DNA of 64,000 nt from a cyanobacterium endosymbiont of Rhopalodia gibba (GCA_045159875.1 CP067995.1:2994179-3058178), one strand, 5' to 3'; shown: positions 36,860-48,577, counted from the first letter of the stretch. Notes: generated from the letters alone by a model not told the origin. Numbers and translations: made by a program.

Positions 36860-37146
36860 TCTTCCATTTAAGTAAGTTGATTGTTCCTTAAAATTAAAAA
36901 TCATATAACGAACTAATCCAAGCTGAACTCACTCATGTCTTTTTGCCAAGACTTGTCAAGATAATTTTTCGATTGAATTGGAACAGATATGAACTACCAT
37001 GGTATTTTTTTTGTGCAGATTAGATTGATAACTATGAGAAATTATACGAATTATTATTAACTTGAGTATTGAAATATAATACTTATTTAGTCCATAAAAA
37101 TTGGGGGATTATAGCTACAATCAAATATTAAGAGATATTATTAACT

Positions 37147-37191
37147 TTATTTTTCCACAGTAACTGATTTAAAGTTACTGTGGAAAAATAA
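37147..37191. repeat. Perfect 19-bp inverted repeat inside the ATPase pseudogene
   Basis: TTATTTTTCCACAGTAACT-gatttaa-AGTTACTGTGGAAAAATAA. Confidence 0.95.
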
Positions 37192-37355
37192 CTTCTACGA
37201 GTGGGAAAGTTTACTTTTTTATTTGAACGCAAAGGTATGAATATGATACGTAAGAGCAATAGTTGGCTAGATTGAAAACTCAACGACAATTAATTCTATG
37301 TAATTTTCACTAAAGGAGTTGCTAAAATAATCCTAAAACACTATCAATTTGATTG

Positions 37356-37387
37356 ATTCAGGAAAAAATTTAAATTTTTTCCTGAAT
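37356..37387. repeat. Perfect 32-bp palindrome inside the ATPase pseudogene
   Basis: ATTCAGGAAAAAATTT|AAATTTTTTCCTGAAT. Confidence 0.95.
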
Positions 37388-38438
37388 ATTGAAAAAATAT
37401 TTTAAAACTAATGATTTTATAACACAAGAAATAGTATTAGGTACTAGGATTTGTTTCTAAACTTTCGACCTGATTCTTGACACAGGAACCTGTAAAAATA
37501 TCAAACAAGAGTTAATTTGGTTAGGGTTAGTGAGGGTGATGGATGTTCTCAGTCCTAAATTTAAGGTGGCTGTGGTAAACTTCAAAAAAGTTTGTATTCG
37601 TATTGTCGTTATTCTAGGATATTTTCAATGAAAAGTTCTGACACTTTCCCAAAAAGAGTATATAATTCTGAGTGGATAACTGTCAAAAAAGGTTTTTTAA
37701 CTGAATTAAAACAATAAGTAAAATGAATTAATGTTTAGGCAAGAGTGTACCTTGAATATAAATTCTGTATTGTCCGTACTTTGTAATGGAGAAAAAATTT
37801 ATGGCTATGACAGAAGACGGAGTTAACGATGTCCACACCAAATAAACAAATATAAATACCAGCATCGCTATGGTTGTTATACGGACGGATGTGAATAAAG
37901 AGCAAGTAATATAGTTTTCCCTAATGAGAATTTTACTACTGTTATCGTGATCGAAAGAAAAAGAGATAGCATATAATAATATTTGTCACTTTATTAAATC
38001 TATTTTAAAAAATAGTATTTAGACAAAAAATTACCATTCTTGCTTTTCCTATGTCTAGACTTTCTAAGATTTTTTATTTTTTCCATTGTTAGTATTACTT
38101 GAATAATGAGGTCTTTTGCCGGATAAAACCAATCATAAAATATCAATTTTTAAGAAAATAGTCTTTATGACTTGATTTTATGGGGAGCAGTGATTACACT
38201 AAAAGTACTTTAATTAAAGTTAATTTATATTATTGCATTACATAATTTTCATGATGTATTTCTGATATATAAGTGTTAAATAGAAATCAATTAGTTATCC
38301 GTTTTAAATTTAGTTGCCTACTCTTTATCTTAGTAAAATTAGAAAAAAAATATTTAGTTAAAAGGAAAAAATATCAATATTGTTAGGATAGACAACATGC
38401 ATCAAATAACTTTTTTACAAACTAAAACTTAACGATCT

Positions 38439-39170
38439 ATGCTCTCTGACTCATTACCTGAATTTAACGAAATCTGGCAAGAAACTCTACATTGGAAACC
38501 CACTAAATCACAACTTGAACAATGGGAGAAATTATATCAAGAAATTATATTAGCTAACCGTAAAATTAACCTGACTAAGATTACTAAACCAAATGATTTT
38601 TGGGAAAAACACTTATGGGATTCTTTGGTGGGTATTGATGTAAAAATTATTAATATTAAGTCCACTTTAAAAGTAATTGATATTGGTACAGGGGCAGGAT
38701 TTCCAGGGATTCCAGTAGCCACAATCTATCCTGATTTACAAGTTACTCTTCTTGATTCAAAAATAAAAAAAATTAAGTTTATTAACTTTATCTTAGACAA
38801 ATTAAAGTTTAATAATTGTCAAACATTAATTGGAAGATCAGAAACTATTGGACAGATGAAAGAATATCGAGAAACTTATGATTTAGCTTTAATTCGTGCT
38901 GTTGGTACACCTTCTGTTTGTACTGAATATGCTTTGCCCCTCTTAAAAATTGGAGGGATAGCCGTATTATACAGAGGACATTGGCACGATGAAGATAAGT
39001 TAACTCTAAAATCTACTTTAGAAAAATTAGGAGGTGAAATTATATCAATCCAAAACATTAAAACTCCACTAACTCAGAGTATTCGCAACCTTATTTATAT
39101 TAAAAAAATATCTACAACTTCCCGACAATTTCCCCGTCAAATAGGAATACCTACCCAAAATCCTTTATAA
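38439..39170 (+). CDS. rsmG: 16S rRNA m7G527 methyltransferase
   Basis: NLTKIT..FWEKHLWDSL, DIGTGAGFPG, LLDS..KK and FPRQIGIP. Confidence 0.96.
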   Translation: MLSDSLPEFNEIWQETLHWKPTKSQLEQWEKLYQEIILANRKINLTKITKPNDFWEKHLWDSLVGIDVKIINIKSTLKVIDIGTGAGFPGIPVATIYPDLQVTLLDSKIKKIKFINFILDKLKFNNCQTLIGRSETIGQMKEYRETYDLALIRAVGTPSVCTEYALPLLKIGGIAVLYRGHWHDEDKLTLKSTLEKLGGEIISIQNIKTPLTQSIRNLIYIKKISTTSRQFPRQIGIPTQNPL

Positions 39171-39512
39171 ATTGTACTATAACATGACTAATATACAAAA
39201 TTTTGAAGACAGAACGCTTTTTTTATTAGATTTTAAAATTATAGAATACAGTTTCAACAAGATTTTTAGAAGTTATGAGATACTAATTGATTAGACTCGG
39301 TACAAAAGAGTAGAATTCAAATTCTATATATATTATTCTCTTTGTCTTTATATCTTGCTTTAATTGACAGGGAATAACAGGAGAAGAATAATGCTTGGAA
39401 GAATATAAAATCAGCAAAAATAAGAACATTAGTCTCGAAATTACTAATTTTTTAAAAACACTCGATGATTCAAAATTACTTAGATTTTCATGTAATAAAT
39501 TTTTAAAACAAA

Positions 39513-39585
39513 CGGGAACGGAGGGACTTGAACCCCCGACACCCAGGACCGGAACCTGGTGCTCTATCCGCTGAGCTACGTACCC
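39513..39585 (-). tRNA. trnR: tRNA-Arg(CCG)
   Basis: GGGTACGTAGCTCAGCGGATAGAGCA-CCAGG-TTCCGGT-CCTGG-GTGTCGGGGGTTCAAGTCCCTCCGTTCCCG. Confidence 0.96.
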
Positions 39586-39644
39586 ACAGTTAGTTCCCAG
39601 GATAACATTCTCTGTTGTCAATTGTGGAGAGCATTAACAAAAAC

Positions 39645-40556
39645 TTAACGACGGGTCTTAGGGTCAAAGACATCCCGTAAACCATCTCCAACATAGTTAA
39701 TACTTAAAACAGTTGTAAAAATCGCTAACCCTGGAAAAAAAGCCATATGAGGTGACCAAGTTAAATAATCTTTTGCTTGAAACAGCATTTGTCCCCAGGT
39801 TGGTATATCGGGAGGAAATCCCAATCCTAGAAAACTTAAAGTAGATTCGGTAACAATTCCATTTCCTACCGCCAGAGTCCCTGCAACGATGATAACACTA
39901 AAGACATTGGGTAGAATATGAACCGAGATTAATCGTAAGGGACTAGCACCCAGGGCAGTTGCCGCACTCATAAATTCCATTTCCCGTAGTTTTAACACAT
40001 TTGCTCTCACAAGTCGTGCTACAGACATCCAATTTAGTCCACCAATGACTATCACCACTAGGATAAATATACCTAACTCAGGTCCAGCAATCGTTTTGAT
40101 GGTATCCCGAAATAAATAAACTACCAGCAATAATAAAGGTAACTGGGGTAAAGATAAAAACAAATCTGTTAAGCGCATCAATACACTGTCTACTAATCCC
40201 CCATACAACCCAGCAATCACCCCAATAGCTGTTCCTAAAAAAATCGCCACCACCATAGCCGTAATTCCCACAGTTAAAGAAATACGCCCCCCAAATAACA
40301 CTCGTGCAAGTTGATCCTGCCCAAGATCATTAGTGCCAAAAGGATGTTGCCAACTTGGGGGAGTAGACGCTTGAGTAAAGTCAATAGTATCAATAGGGAC
40401 ATGATAGAAAAATGGACCAACAACGACACTAGTAATAATAAGACTTAATAAACTTAACCCTAATAAAGCTAGGCGGTTACGACAAAATCGCTGCCAGGTA
40501 TTTCGCCACGAACTATTTGAGGGATAATCTTTCAGTGTTGGGGACTTAAAAGTCAT
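39645..40556 (-). CDS. Peptide/nickel ABC transporter permease (DppC/OppC-like)
   Basis: HPFGTNDLGQD, EAA-loop EFMSAATALGAS, HILPN and LSFLGLG..P..PTWG. Confidence 0.93.
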   Translation of the reverse strand: MTFKSPTLKDYPSNSSWRNTWQRFCRNRLALLGLSLLSLIITSVVVGPFFYHVPIDTIDFTQASTPPSWQHPFGTNDLGQDQLARVLFGGRISLTVGITAMVVAIFLGTAIGVIAGLYGGLVDSVLMRLTDLFLSLPQLPLLLLVVYLFRDTIKTIAGPELGIFILVVIVIGGLNWMSVARLVRANVLKLREMEFMSAATALGASPLRLISVHILPNVFSVIIVAGTLAVGNGIVTESTLSFLGLGFPPDIPTWGQMLFQAKDYLTWSPHMAFFPGLAIFTTVLSINYVGDGLRDVFDPKTRR

Positions 40557-41409
40557 TATATTCCTTACTTTTACCCGACATAATTTTTAAAGACACCTAT
40601 CGTAAATCAGTTAATTCCTATCTTAACTTAACCCTTCAACCTTCACCATCTTATGTTAATGGAGACATAACATGATTGTAGAGAACTTTGTCTTGCTAGC
40701 GATTATCTGAGATCTCCACACTCTCCACAGTTCATTTCATCTTAGTAACTGATGATAATCACTATTCTGACAGTGTTTTTTTAAAAGGGGAAACTCTATC
40801 TCAAAAAGTATAAACCGTCAAATTTAAGCAATTGTTCCTTATATTATCGATGTGCCTTAATAGATGGGGAACCTCTCTTTTTAAGAATCACTTGGAATTT
40901 GAGATAAGAGATGGCATCCCGATACTATATTTTTAAAATAAAGAGATTATCTAACCTGAGTCTTCTCTAAAAAGTTGAAGATAATTTTAAACCCACCTCC
41001 CTCTTACTGCGGGTTGACGATTGGCTTTTCTTCCAAGATTATCTATTCTATAGACAAAGTCTATTTTTTCATCCTTGGTTGTCTTTTAACCCTTAAATTA
41101 ATACTCTATCACTGGTATAAAAACCTTAGAAGTCACTTCCTCTGTCCTCTTTGCTATTAAAGCAAAAGGATTATAAGAACGTAATTTTGCCCCAATAAAC
41201 ATCCCGTTTTAGAACGGATATTGAGCAAGTTTTTATATCAAAAGCGATTATCCAACTATTTTTACTAGATAAAATTGACTTTAGATATAAAGTTAGTGAT
41301 AATATTTGAAAACTAATTTAAAGAAGAAATTTATCTCCAGACTTTGGCTTAGCTTCAGGATTTCCTCGATTGTCTTTACACTGCTGATTTCAATCATTTG
41401 CACGAACCA

Positions 41410-41730
41410 ATGACGTTAGGGAGGAAATCTAGACTCTTTGAAAGATTTAGCAGAAGATAATGTTTTAGTAACTGAAGTGAGTGGGACTAAATTCGGTGAG
41501 ACCAATGTATCTCGGAAAAATTTTTGGCTGATTCAATTGAATCAGCCAATCTGAAGATAAAGCCATCTTAAATTATTCAAGGTCCAGTGAGGCAAATTTG
41601 AGTGAGTTTCTTTTGAGAAATGCTCAATTGGTAAAAGTCTATTTCTATAGAACTAAATTGGCTTTGACTAATCTAACTCAAATCAAAGTAGATCTAACGA
41701 ATACTAATGTATAAAAGTTAATTTTAGTTT
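41410..41730 (+). pseudogene. Pentapeptide-repeat protein remnant
   Basis: Five-residue periodic fragments (GTKFGETNVS, EANLSEFLLRNAQLVKVYFYRTKLALTNLTQ) interrupted by stops and frameshifts. Confidence 0.65.
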
Positions 41731-41856
41731 GGTTAATCTTGCAGCGCGTAGGAAAAAAAGAGCTATTTTGCTTATAAATCCATAAATGGTCTTGAGTAAT
41801 CAAAAACCCCCATTACCGTTCTCTAATTAAGGTGTAGGGGTCTTTCAGAGACTATC

Positions 41857-42096
41857 TCACATAACCTGCTCTACTTCGGCAACTTCAGGGATCATTTCCT
41901 TTAGACGTCGTTCAATTCCCATTTTTAAAGTCATAGTTGAACTGGGACAAGAGCCGCAAGCCCCCTTTAGCCGAAGTTTAACGATGGGACCGTCAATATC
42001 GACGAGTTCCACATTACCACCATCAGCCATCAAGTAGGGGCGCATCTCATCCAATACTTGTTCCACATTATCTCTCGTGAGTGCCATTGCTTCCAT
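41857..42096 (-). CDS. nfuA: NifU-C / NfuA-type Fe-S cluster scaffold
   Basis: [14 protein letters not shown] and [21 protein letters not shown]. Confidence 0.93.
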   Translation of the reverse strand: MEAMALTRDNVEQVLDEMRPYLMADGGNVELVDIDGPIVKLRLKGACGSCPSSTMTLKMGIERRLKEMIPEVAEVEQVM

Positions 42097-42276
42097 AGTT
42101 AACCTCGGTCTACCTAATTTTAAAAATTACTGTCATTGTCATCCTAACGCGAAGCCTGGCATTTGATAAGCATCATTAGCGATAAATTCTTTCAACTTTA
42201 AAAAAGTTATCCTAATAATATAGATATGGACAACACTCTATAAGTCAACAGTTTAATATTTCTTATTATTAAAATT

Positions 42277-42909
42277 TCAATGTTCAAAAATATTCCTATA
42301 TTGTCCAAGATCTAAATCTACAAAAATGGGGATACAATCAAAACAACTCTGGGCTAATTTCCATCTTCCCTCTCGTTTTAACATAGCCATTAACTTTTGT
42401 TGAATGGATAGTAGATACAGGACATCATTCGCTGCATAATTCAATTGTACTTCGGATAGATTAGAGGCATTTCCCCAATCTGAACTTTGGGAACTCTTAT
42501 CTAGTTCAATACCTTCAAATTCCTGTACTAAACTTTTTAATCCATGAGAATTTGTATAAGTACGAGCTAATTTACTAGCAATTTTAGTGCAGAAAATTGG
42601 TTTAGTTGTAATCTTAAATGAGCATAGTAATTGTGCTACATCAAATCGTGCATAATGGAAAACTTTAATAACTTTTTCAGATTCCATTAACTGTTTTAAA
42701 TTGGGAGCTTCTGTTTGTCCTATTCTAATGCGAATAGCTGTAACAAATCCATCGGAATCACATAATTGGATTAAACAAAGACGATCACGTTGGGGAATTA
42801 AGCCCATGGTTTCTGTATCTACCGCAATGGCTGGAGTAGCTAAATAGCGGCACAAAGTATCATCAGATAAATCACAATCTTCAACTTTAAAATTTGTTAA
42901 AGTTAACAT
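42277..42909 (-). CDS. rnd: Ribonuclease D-like 3'-5' exonuclease
   Basis: AVDTETMGL..RDRLCLIQL, KVFHYARFD, QSSDW and YAANDV. Confidence 0.9.
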   Translation of the reverse strand: MLTLTNFKVEDCDLSDDTLCRYLATPAIAVDTETMGLIPQRDRLCLIQLCDSDGFVTAIRIRIGQTEAPNLKQLMESEKVIKVFHYARFDVAQLLCSFKITTKPIFCTKIASKLARTYTNSHGLKSLVQEFEGIELDKSSQSSDWGNASNLSEVQLNYAANDVLYLLSIQQKLMAMLKREGRWKLAQSCFDCIPIFVDLDLGQYRNIFEH

Positions 42910-44049
42910 AACAAAGTTAAATTAGTAATGGTTTAATAAAGCTTTTAAAAAGCGTTTAAATTAATCGAGAGAAAGTTCAAAGTCCAGTAATGGTCAGTGA
43001 GAGTGAATTAGAAACTGAGTCACTTAAATATAGTCTACACTATTTTAGTGCTGTTAAGACAAAAGGCTTTGTCAAAAAAATAGTTACATCAAACTGCTCA
43101 TGTAGATTTAACTCAATAAAATGTCAAATTAGAATATTCTAGAGTTGACAACTGAAGATTTTTTTTAAATCGCTTCTTTTGTCTGGCTTTAATCTATTAT
43201 CAATACCTTCTAACAATGTTATTTAATCTTGCGCTTAAGATAATTTAAATAATTAAGCTAATAATGAAGTCATTAAAAGTCTAATTATTCAACCTTTAAA
43301 ACTTTTTTTATCAATTTTTATCATAGATAGTATATAAAAAAAGTGCTGGCTCGGCAAACTTTACCTAGAAAATACAAGGTATTTTTACTCACTTTATTAG
43401 TAAAATACTAGCTTTTATAAATTAAAAATTAATAAAATACAAAAAGACAGTAAAAATAACATTTTTCAAAAAAAATATCTCTTGTTCAAGATTCATCATG
43501 GAGTATTTAAACTAGAATTTAGCCTCCTTATATTTTAAAAAATTGATAAACTTTGATGTACTATGATACATAGTAATTATTTTAAATTTTTAACTTTTTT
43601 AGATAGCTAATGTTATAATTAATTTGTCAATATACAGCTTTTCCAAAGTAAAGTAACTAATATTTTTAAATTTTTATTCATTCATTTGGTAATTTAGTTT
43701 AAAGAATTGAAGAGCACCCTTCGTATGCTTTGAATTAATTTTCTCATAGATAATTGATTTGTTAATCTGAAGAAACCTAAAATTAGCTAAATTAAAAAGA
43801 GAAAGTATTTCGGGGATAAAGTTTGGGTTAATTTATGCAACTTAAGGTAATTTTTAAAAGAATTTATCACCAGCTAAACTTCCTGTCATTAAAGATAATC
43901 ACATCAGAAAGTTAAACAGACAATAAATTATAGGACTATAGACATTAGTCAATATCTAAAATAAATTCGTTAATTATTGTTTGATAAAAATAATTATCTT
44001 TCGGAAAAACTGCTAATAATAGTAGATAGACAATTTACCGTTATTTTGA

Positions 44050-44667
44050 ATGAAAGTAATCGCATCAACCTTAATTACTTATCCTATTGTAGAAACTTTT
44101 CACTCGATCCAAGGAGAGGGATTATGGATGGGGGTAAGTGCATTTTTTATTCGTTTAGCTGGATGTGATGTTCACTGTCTCTGGTGCGATCAAAAAGAGT
44201 CTTGGCCAGTTAAACCCTATCCACGAAGGTCTGTAAAAGAGTTAGCAAAGTTGGCAAAACAAGCTAATCCTACCATTGTTGTTATCACAGGGGGAGAACC
44301 CTTGATTCACAATTTAGATCCCTTAACCGACGAATTAAGGAGGTTAGGCTTACGAGTTCACTTAGAAACATCAGGAACACATCCATTTAGTGGTAGTTTC
44401 GATTGGGTAACCTTTTCCCCAAAACCGTTTAGTCCACCCAATGAAAGTATTTATAGTCAAGTTAATGAATTAAAAGTAGTTATTGCATCAGAATTAGATT
44501 TAGAATGGGGACAGCAAGAGGCTAAAAAAATATTTTCGGGTACGATTAAGTATTTACAACCAGAATGGAATAGTTCTGAAAGTAAACAACTAATTTATGA
44601 TTTTATTTTGCAACATTCCGACTGGCGAATGAGTGTACAAATACACAAGTTTTTAGATTTTAGGTGA
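44050..44667 (+). CDS. queE: 7-carboxy-7-deazaguanine synthase (radical SAM)
   Basis: ETFHSIQGEG, FIRLAGCDVHCLWCD, ITGGEP, LETSG, SPK and SVQIHK. Confidence 0.93.
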   Translation: MKVIASTLITYPIVETFHSIQGEGLWMGVSAFFIRLAGCDVHCLWCDQKESWPVKPYPRRSVKELAKLAKQANPTIVVITGGEPLIHNLDPLTDELRRLGLRVHLETSGTHPFSGSFDWVTFSPKPFSPPNESIYSQVNELKVVIASELDLEWGQQEAKKIFSGTIKYLQPEWNSSESKQLIYDFILQHSDWRMSVQIHKFLDFR

Positions 44668-44688
44668 AGTTTTTAGATTTTAGGTGAA
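44647..44688 (+). repeat. Exact 20-bp tandem duplication spanning the queE stop codon
   Basis: AAGTTTTTAGATTTTAGGTG twice, followed by AA. Confidence 0.95.
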
Positions 44689-44988
44689 TATGAGTGGAAT
44701 TATTTGACCTCAATCGGAAAAGTTACGTGAGCTTAAACTAACTTAAAATCATTGCGAGAGAGTTTTTCCAAGTGTTACTAAATCAAATTTTCAGTCCCCT
44801 TAGTTAAATTAAGATGACTTTTTGAGGAGATATGGCAGCTTAATTGATAGTACTACGTACTATAGTTAGAACGTTGATCAACGCTACAAAATTTTATAAG
44901 TTCATTCATTGTCTGCCTCATAACAAGATTGTATCTTTCTTTGTACGGTATTCTATATGAGAAATTGCTAAGAATTTTGGATGAGAGA

Positions 44989-45030
44989 TAGTCAAAAGCA
45001 GTGCAGTAATCACTGCACTGCTTTTGACTA
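44989..45030. repeat. Perfect 19-bp inverted repeat, 4-nt spacer
   Basis: TAGTCAAAAGCAGTGCAGT-aatc-ACTGCACTGCTTTTGACTA. Confidence 0.95.
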
Positions 45031-45475
45031 AGTTTTAATACTTTGCCTGACAATTCGTATAAGCATACAACTCTGGTTCCTCTACCTTACAACAAAAGGT
45101 TGTTTTCCTAGTAATTTTTATTTCAGATAAAAAATATTGCAATTTATCTACCTCCGCCCAAACACCTCTACAGTCAGTACTACCGAATATCTATCAGCTG
45201 TGAATATATTTTTTTACATTACCAGAAAATTTTTTTTACTTATTTCTTTGCTTCTCAGTATTACCAACTATCTAACGTAATCCGTAATCTAGCAGTACCC
45301 CTTTCCATTAGCTAACTTGATCAGGTCCGTCCTTTAATTTCTTATCTTCTGCCCGAATATAGGACTAAACTTGTTTTATTCTAGGTTTTCTGATTTTTGG
45401 GTCAAACTCTGAGCATGCTTTTGTCCTGACATCAAGACATTGCAAATCCTTTTCTATCTTTTAACAAATACGGAC

Positions 45476-45517
45476 TGTCTAGCTTCCGCGCAGGAATTCC
45501 CGCGCGGAAGCTAGACA
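45476..45517 (-). terminator. Long GC-rich hairpin 14 nt downstream of the prohibitin gene (terminator or 3' stabiliser)
   Basis: TGTCTAGCTTCCGCGC / GCGCGGAAGCTAGACA with an inner GGAATTCC palindrome; no clear U-tail. Confidence 0.6.
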
Positions 45518-45531
45518 ATATTAAGCAAAGG

Positions 45532-46377
45532 TTATTGGGTTTGTAGATCCCCTAAATTAAATAGAAACGGGACACTTCCTTGATTTTTACCCCCCATCAC
45601 TAACACATTAGGCATTTTTGCTCCCCCTTCTTTCCAAGCTTCAATCGCTTCTTTTTGAAGAACCAAGTCCCCACCTTGGGCTTTCAAAGTTTCTGCTAGT
45701 AAACGTTGGGCTTCTGCTTTTCCTTTAGCACGGTTAACATCTGCTTGGGCCTCTTGTTCAGCTTCCTGGGCAATATAAACTGCTCGTTGTGCTCGTTGTT
45801 CAGCAATTTGTTTTTCTTCAACGGCGCGAGCAAATTCAGGGGAAAAATTTAAATCGATAACACTTGTGTCAAGGACAATAATGCCGTATTTAGCTAAGCG
45901 TTCATTGAGAGCATTGTCAAAGTCTTGTTTTAGTTCACTACGTTGAGTGATGGACTGTTCTACAGTACGTTTAGCTGCTGCAATCTTAAAAGATTCTTGG
46001 GTTTGGGGAGCAATAATTTTTGCAACGATATTTTGTAACGTTCCTTGCGTCCGGCGAATTTGAGCTACTTGTACAGCATCAAGACGAAAATTAATTGCGA
46101 AACTAGCGGTGAGATCTTGTAAATCCTTAGTAGCACTTTGGGCAGGAACTTCAAACTTTTGCACTGTTACATCATAAACGTCCACGGTTGAAACTAACGG
46201 CGGCTTAAAGTGTATTCCTTCTAATAATGCCCCATTTTGGGCTTTTCCCAAAACACTAAGTACCCCTGCTTGACCAGGGTTAATTACAATAAATGAATTA
46301 AAGCTAATAACAACCAATAAAGCAGCAATGATGCCACCAATTAAAAGCTGTAAACTGGGGGCGGATTGACGAGTCAC
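45532..46377 (-). CDS. Prohibitin / SPFH (band 7) family protein
   Basis: N-terminal transmembrane segment, LEGIHFKPP, TKDLQ and FSPEFARAVEEKQIAEQRAQRA. Confidence 0.93.
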   Translation of the reverse strand: MTRQSAPSLQLLIGGIIAALLVVISFNSFIVINPGQAGVLSVLGKAQNGALLEGIHFKPPLVSTVDVYDVTVQKFEVPAQSATKDLQDLTASFAINFRLDAVQVAQIRRTQGTLQNIVAKIIAPQTQESFKIAAAKRTVEQSITQRSELKQDFDNALNERLAKYGIIVLDTSVIDLNFSPEFARAVEEKQIAEQRAQRAVYIAQEAEQEAQADVNRAKGKAEAQRLLAETLKAQGGDLVLQKEAIEAWKEGGAKMPNVLVMGGKNQGSVPFLFNLGDLQTQ

Positions 46378-46496
46378 AAGTTTTCTCCTTAATCTAAATT
46401 TAATGTTAAGCTTGACAACGTATTTTTATAGAGTTCGGAGTTTTGAGTTAGAAGTTTAAAGATAAAAACTCCTTTTTGTCACCTTTCTCTTTACTC

Positions 46497-47483
46497 TTAA
46501 ACTTCTCTTAGCCACTGTACCGCATCTTTGGCATGATAAGTCAGGATTAAATCGGCTCCTGCCCGTTTAAAACTGGTTAGAGTTTCTAGAATCACTTTTT
46601 TCTCGTCAATCCAACCATTGAGGGCTGCTGCTTTGACCATAGAATATTCTCCAGAAACGTTATAAGCTGCTACAGGAAGGTAAGTTATCTCTTTAACACG
46701 CCAGATTACATCCATGTAGGATAAAGCAGGTTTAACCATTAACATATCCGCCCCTTCTTCGATATCTAATTTCACTTCTTTAAGGGCTTCTCGAACATTT
46801 CCTGAGTCCATCTGATAAGTACACCGATCTCCAAATCTGGGGGAAGATTCAGCCGCATCACGGAAAGGACCATAGTAAGCAGAAGCATATTTAGCAGCAT
46901 AAGAAAGAATAAGAATATCATTAAATCCTGCTTCATCTAACCCCTGTCGAACCGCTTGGACAAGTCCATCCATCATCCCTGATGGGGCAATAATATCAGC
47001 CCCCGCTCTAGCTTGAGAAACTGCCGTTTTCTTTAGTAACTCTAGAGTAGGATCATTAAGGACTCGTCCAGTTAGGTCCCCCACTTCTAGATAGCCACAG
47101 TGACCGTGATCGGTATACTCACATAAACAGGTGTCGACAATAACTACTAAATTGGGAACTGCTTCTTTAATAGCAGTAGCCGCCTGTTGAATAATTCCAT
47201 GATCATGCCAAGCCCCTGTCGCTGCGATATCCTTAGTTCTGGGAATACCAAAAAGGATAATAGATGGAATGCCTAGATCGTAAACCTCTTTAGCTTCATC
47301 AACAATTTTATCCACCGAGAGTTGATAAACTCCTGGCATAGACTTAACTTCTGTGGCAATCTTTCTCCCAGGAACGACAAATAAAGGGTAAATTAAATCA
47401 TTGGCTGTCAAAATTGTTTCTCGCACCATGCGGCGCAGTTGGACAGTTTGACGTAGACGACGAGGGCGATTAATCGGAAACAT
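46497..47483 (-). CDS. hemB: Porphobilinogen synthase
   Basis: [41 protein letters not shown] and AYNVSGEY. Confidence 0.98.
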   Translation of the reverse strand: MFPINRPRRLRQTVQLRRMVRETILTANDLIYPLFVVPGRKIATEVKSMPGVYQLSVDKIVDEAKEVYDLGIPSIILFGIPRTKDIAATGAWHDHGIIQQAATAIKEAVPNLVVIVDTCLCEYTDHGHCGYLEVGDLTGRVLNDPTLELLKKTAVSQARAGADIIAPSGMMDGLVQAVRQGLDEAGFNDILILSYAAKYASAYYGPFRDAAESSPRFGDRCTYQMDSGNVREALKEVKLDIEEGADMLMVKPALSYMDVIWRVKEITYLPVAAYNVSGEYSMVKAAALNGWIDEKKVILETLTSFKRAGADLILTYHAKDAVQWLREV

Positions 47484-47791
47484 AAGTCAATAATTTAGGA
47501 TAAAATTAAGTTAATCTTGCCATTTCGATTACTTGAAAGTCGAAAGTTACCTAGAATAGTGTATTTTAGTCAAAAGTAAAATCTTACCAAGACTATTTCT
47601 ACATTTACTTTCATTCTAATAAAAGTTTTCAACTAACTAAGAAATAATAAACTGACTTAAGTGTTACATTCTTGAGCAGAATTATTAGAGGGTAGAGTTT
47701 TTTATCTAATTGAGTTAAAAAGTCTGTTGATAGAAGGCTGTATTTTAAGTTTTTTAACTAAAGTTCGGTCTCATCAAAACAGGTAAACCAC

Positions 47792-48577
47792 ATGAAAGAA
47801 AGGGTTCAAAAAATTTTATCCCAATGGGGAATCGCCTCTCGTCGAAAAGCTGAAAAATTAATTTTAGCCGGACGGGTAAAGCTTAATGGCTGTCAGGTTC
47901 AGTTAGGTGAAAAGGTAAATCCTAAATATGATCGCTTAGAAGTGGATGGACATATTATTCGACCAGCCCAACGGCCCGATTTTCTGTATATTTTACTCAA
48001 TAAACCTCAAAGAGTCGTTTCTACCCGTGACGACCCTCAACGTCGTTCTACAGTCTTTGATTTACTGCCAAAAAACCTCTGTCAGGGTACAGGTATCCAT
48101 ACGGTCGGGCGACTAGATTTCAACTCAACTGGAGCTTTACTTTTGACCAATGATGGAGAACTAACTCTCAACTTAACCCATCCTCGCTATCATTTACCGA
48201 AAACTTATGACGTTGTTATTTCTGGAAAAATTCCAGAAACACGCTTACAACAATGGCGTGAAGGTGTTATGCTTATGGGCAAAAAGACCTTACCAGCCAA
48301 GGTTAAGGTGATTCATCGTTGCTCTCATCAGCAAACCCACTTACGAGTGGTTATGACTGAAGGAAGAAACCGTCAAATCCGTCGTATCGTACAACAGATG
48401 GGGTGTAATGTACTACGACTCCACCGCAGTGCAATCGGTTCTATTACCGTAGATTCAGAGTCATTCCATGAATCTAATTTACCCAGCGGGCATTATCGTT
48501 TGTTAACAAACGATGAAATTGATTTTCTGAAATCTCGTCCCTATCTAATTACGGAAACATCTCAAAAGCTCAGTTGA
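47792..48577 (+). CDS. rRNA pseudouridine synthase, RsuA/RluB family
   Basis: S4 domain (ASRRKAEKLI..GRV), LLNKP, VGRLDFNSTG and EGRNRQIRR. Confidence 0.95.
   Translation: MKERVQKILSQWGIASRRKAEKLILAGRVKLNGCQVQLGEKVNPKYDRLEVDGHIIRPAQRPDFLYILLNKPQRVVSTRDDPQRRSTVFDLLPKNLCQGTGIHTVGRLDFNSTGALLLTNDGELTLNLTHPRYHLPKTYDVVISGKIPETRLQQWREGVMLMGKKTLPAKVKVIHRCSHQQTHLRVVMTEGRNRQIRRIVQQMGCNVLRLHRSAIGSITVDSESFHESNLPSGHYRLLTNDEIDFLKSRPYLITETSQKLS

Larger units (their letters stand above)
36960..38200 (+). pseudogene. Cation-transporting P-type ATPase (PacL/Ca2+-type), heavily eroded
   Basis: Collinear remnants: RVGKFTF..ERKGM (cf. F.SERKRM), TKG, VLGF, QELIWLGLV..MD, MAMTEDGVNDV (cf. AMTGDGVNDA), IAM...TDVNKE, NENFTTV (cf. 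DDNFATI), YNNICHFIK; boundaries approximate. Confidence 0.85.

Noticed and set aside
39283..39621. 112-aa ORF
   Set aside because: It runs through tRNA-Arg into AT-rich spacer; the ORF 15546..15731 over tRNA-Ser is spurious for the same reason
39645..40556. Orphan ABC permease as evidence of operon decay
   Set aside because: Cyanobacterial ABC subunits are often dispersed, so partners may lie elsewhere
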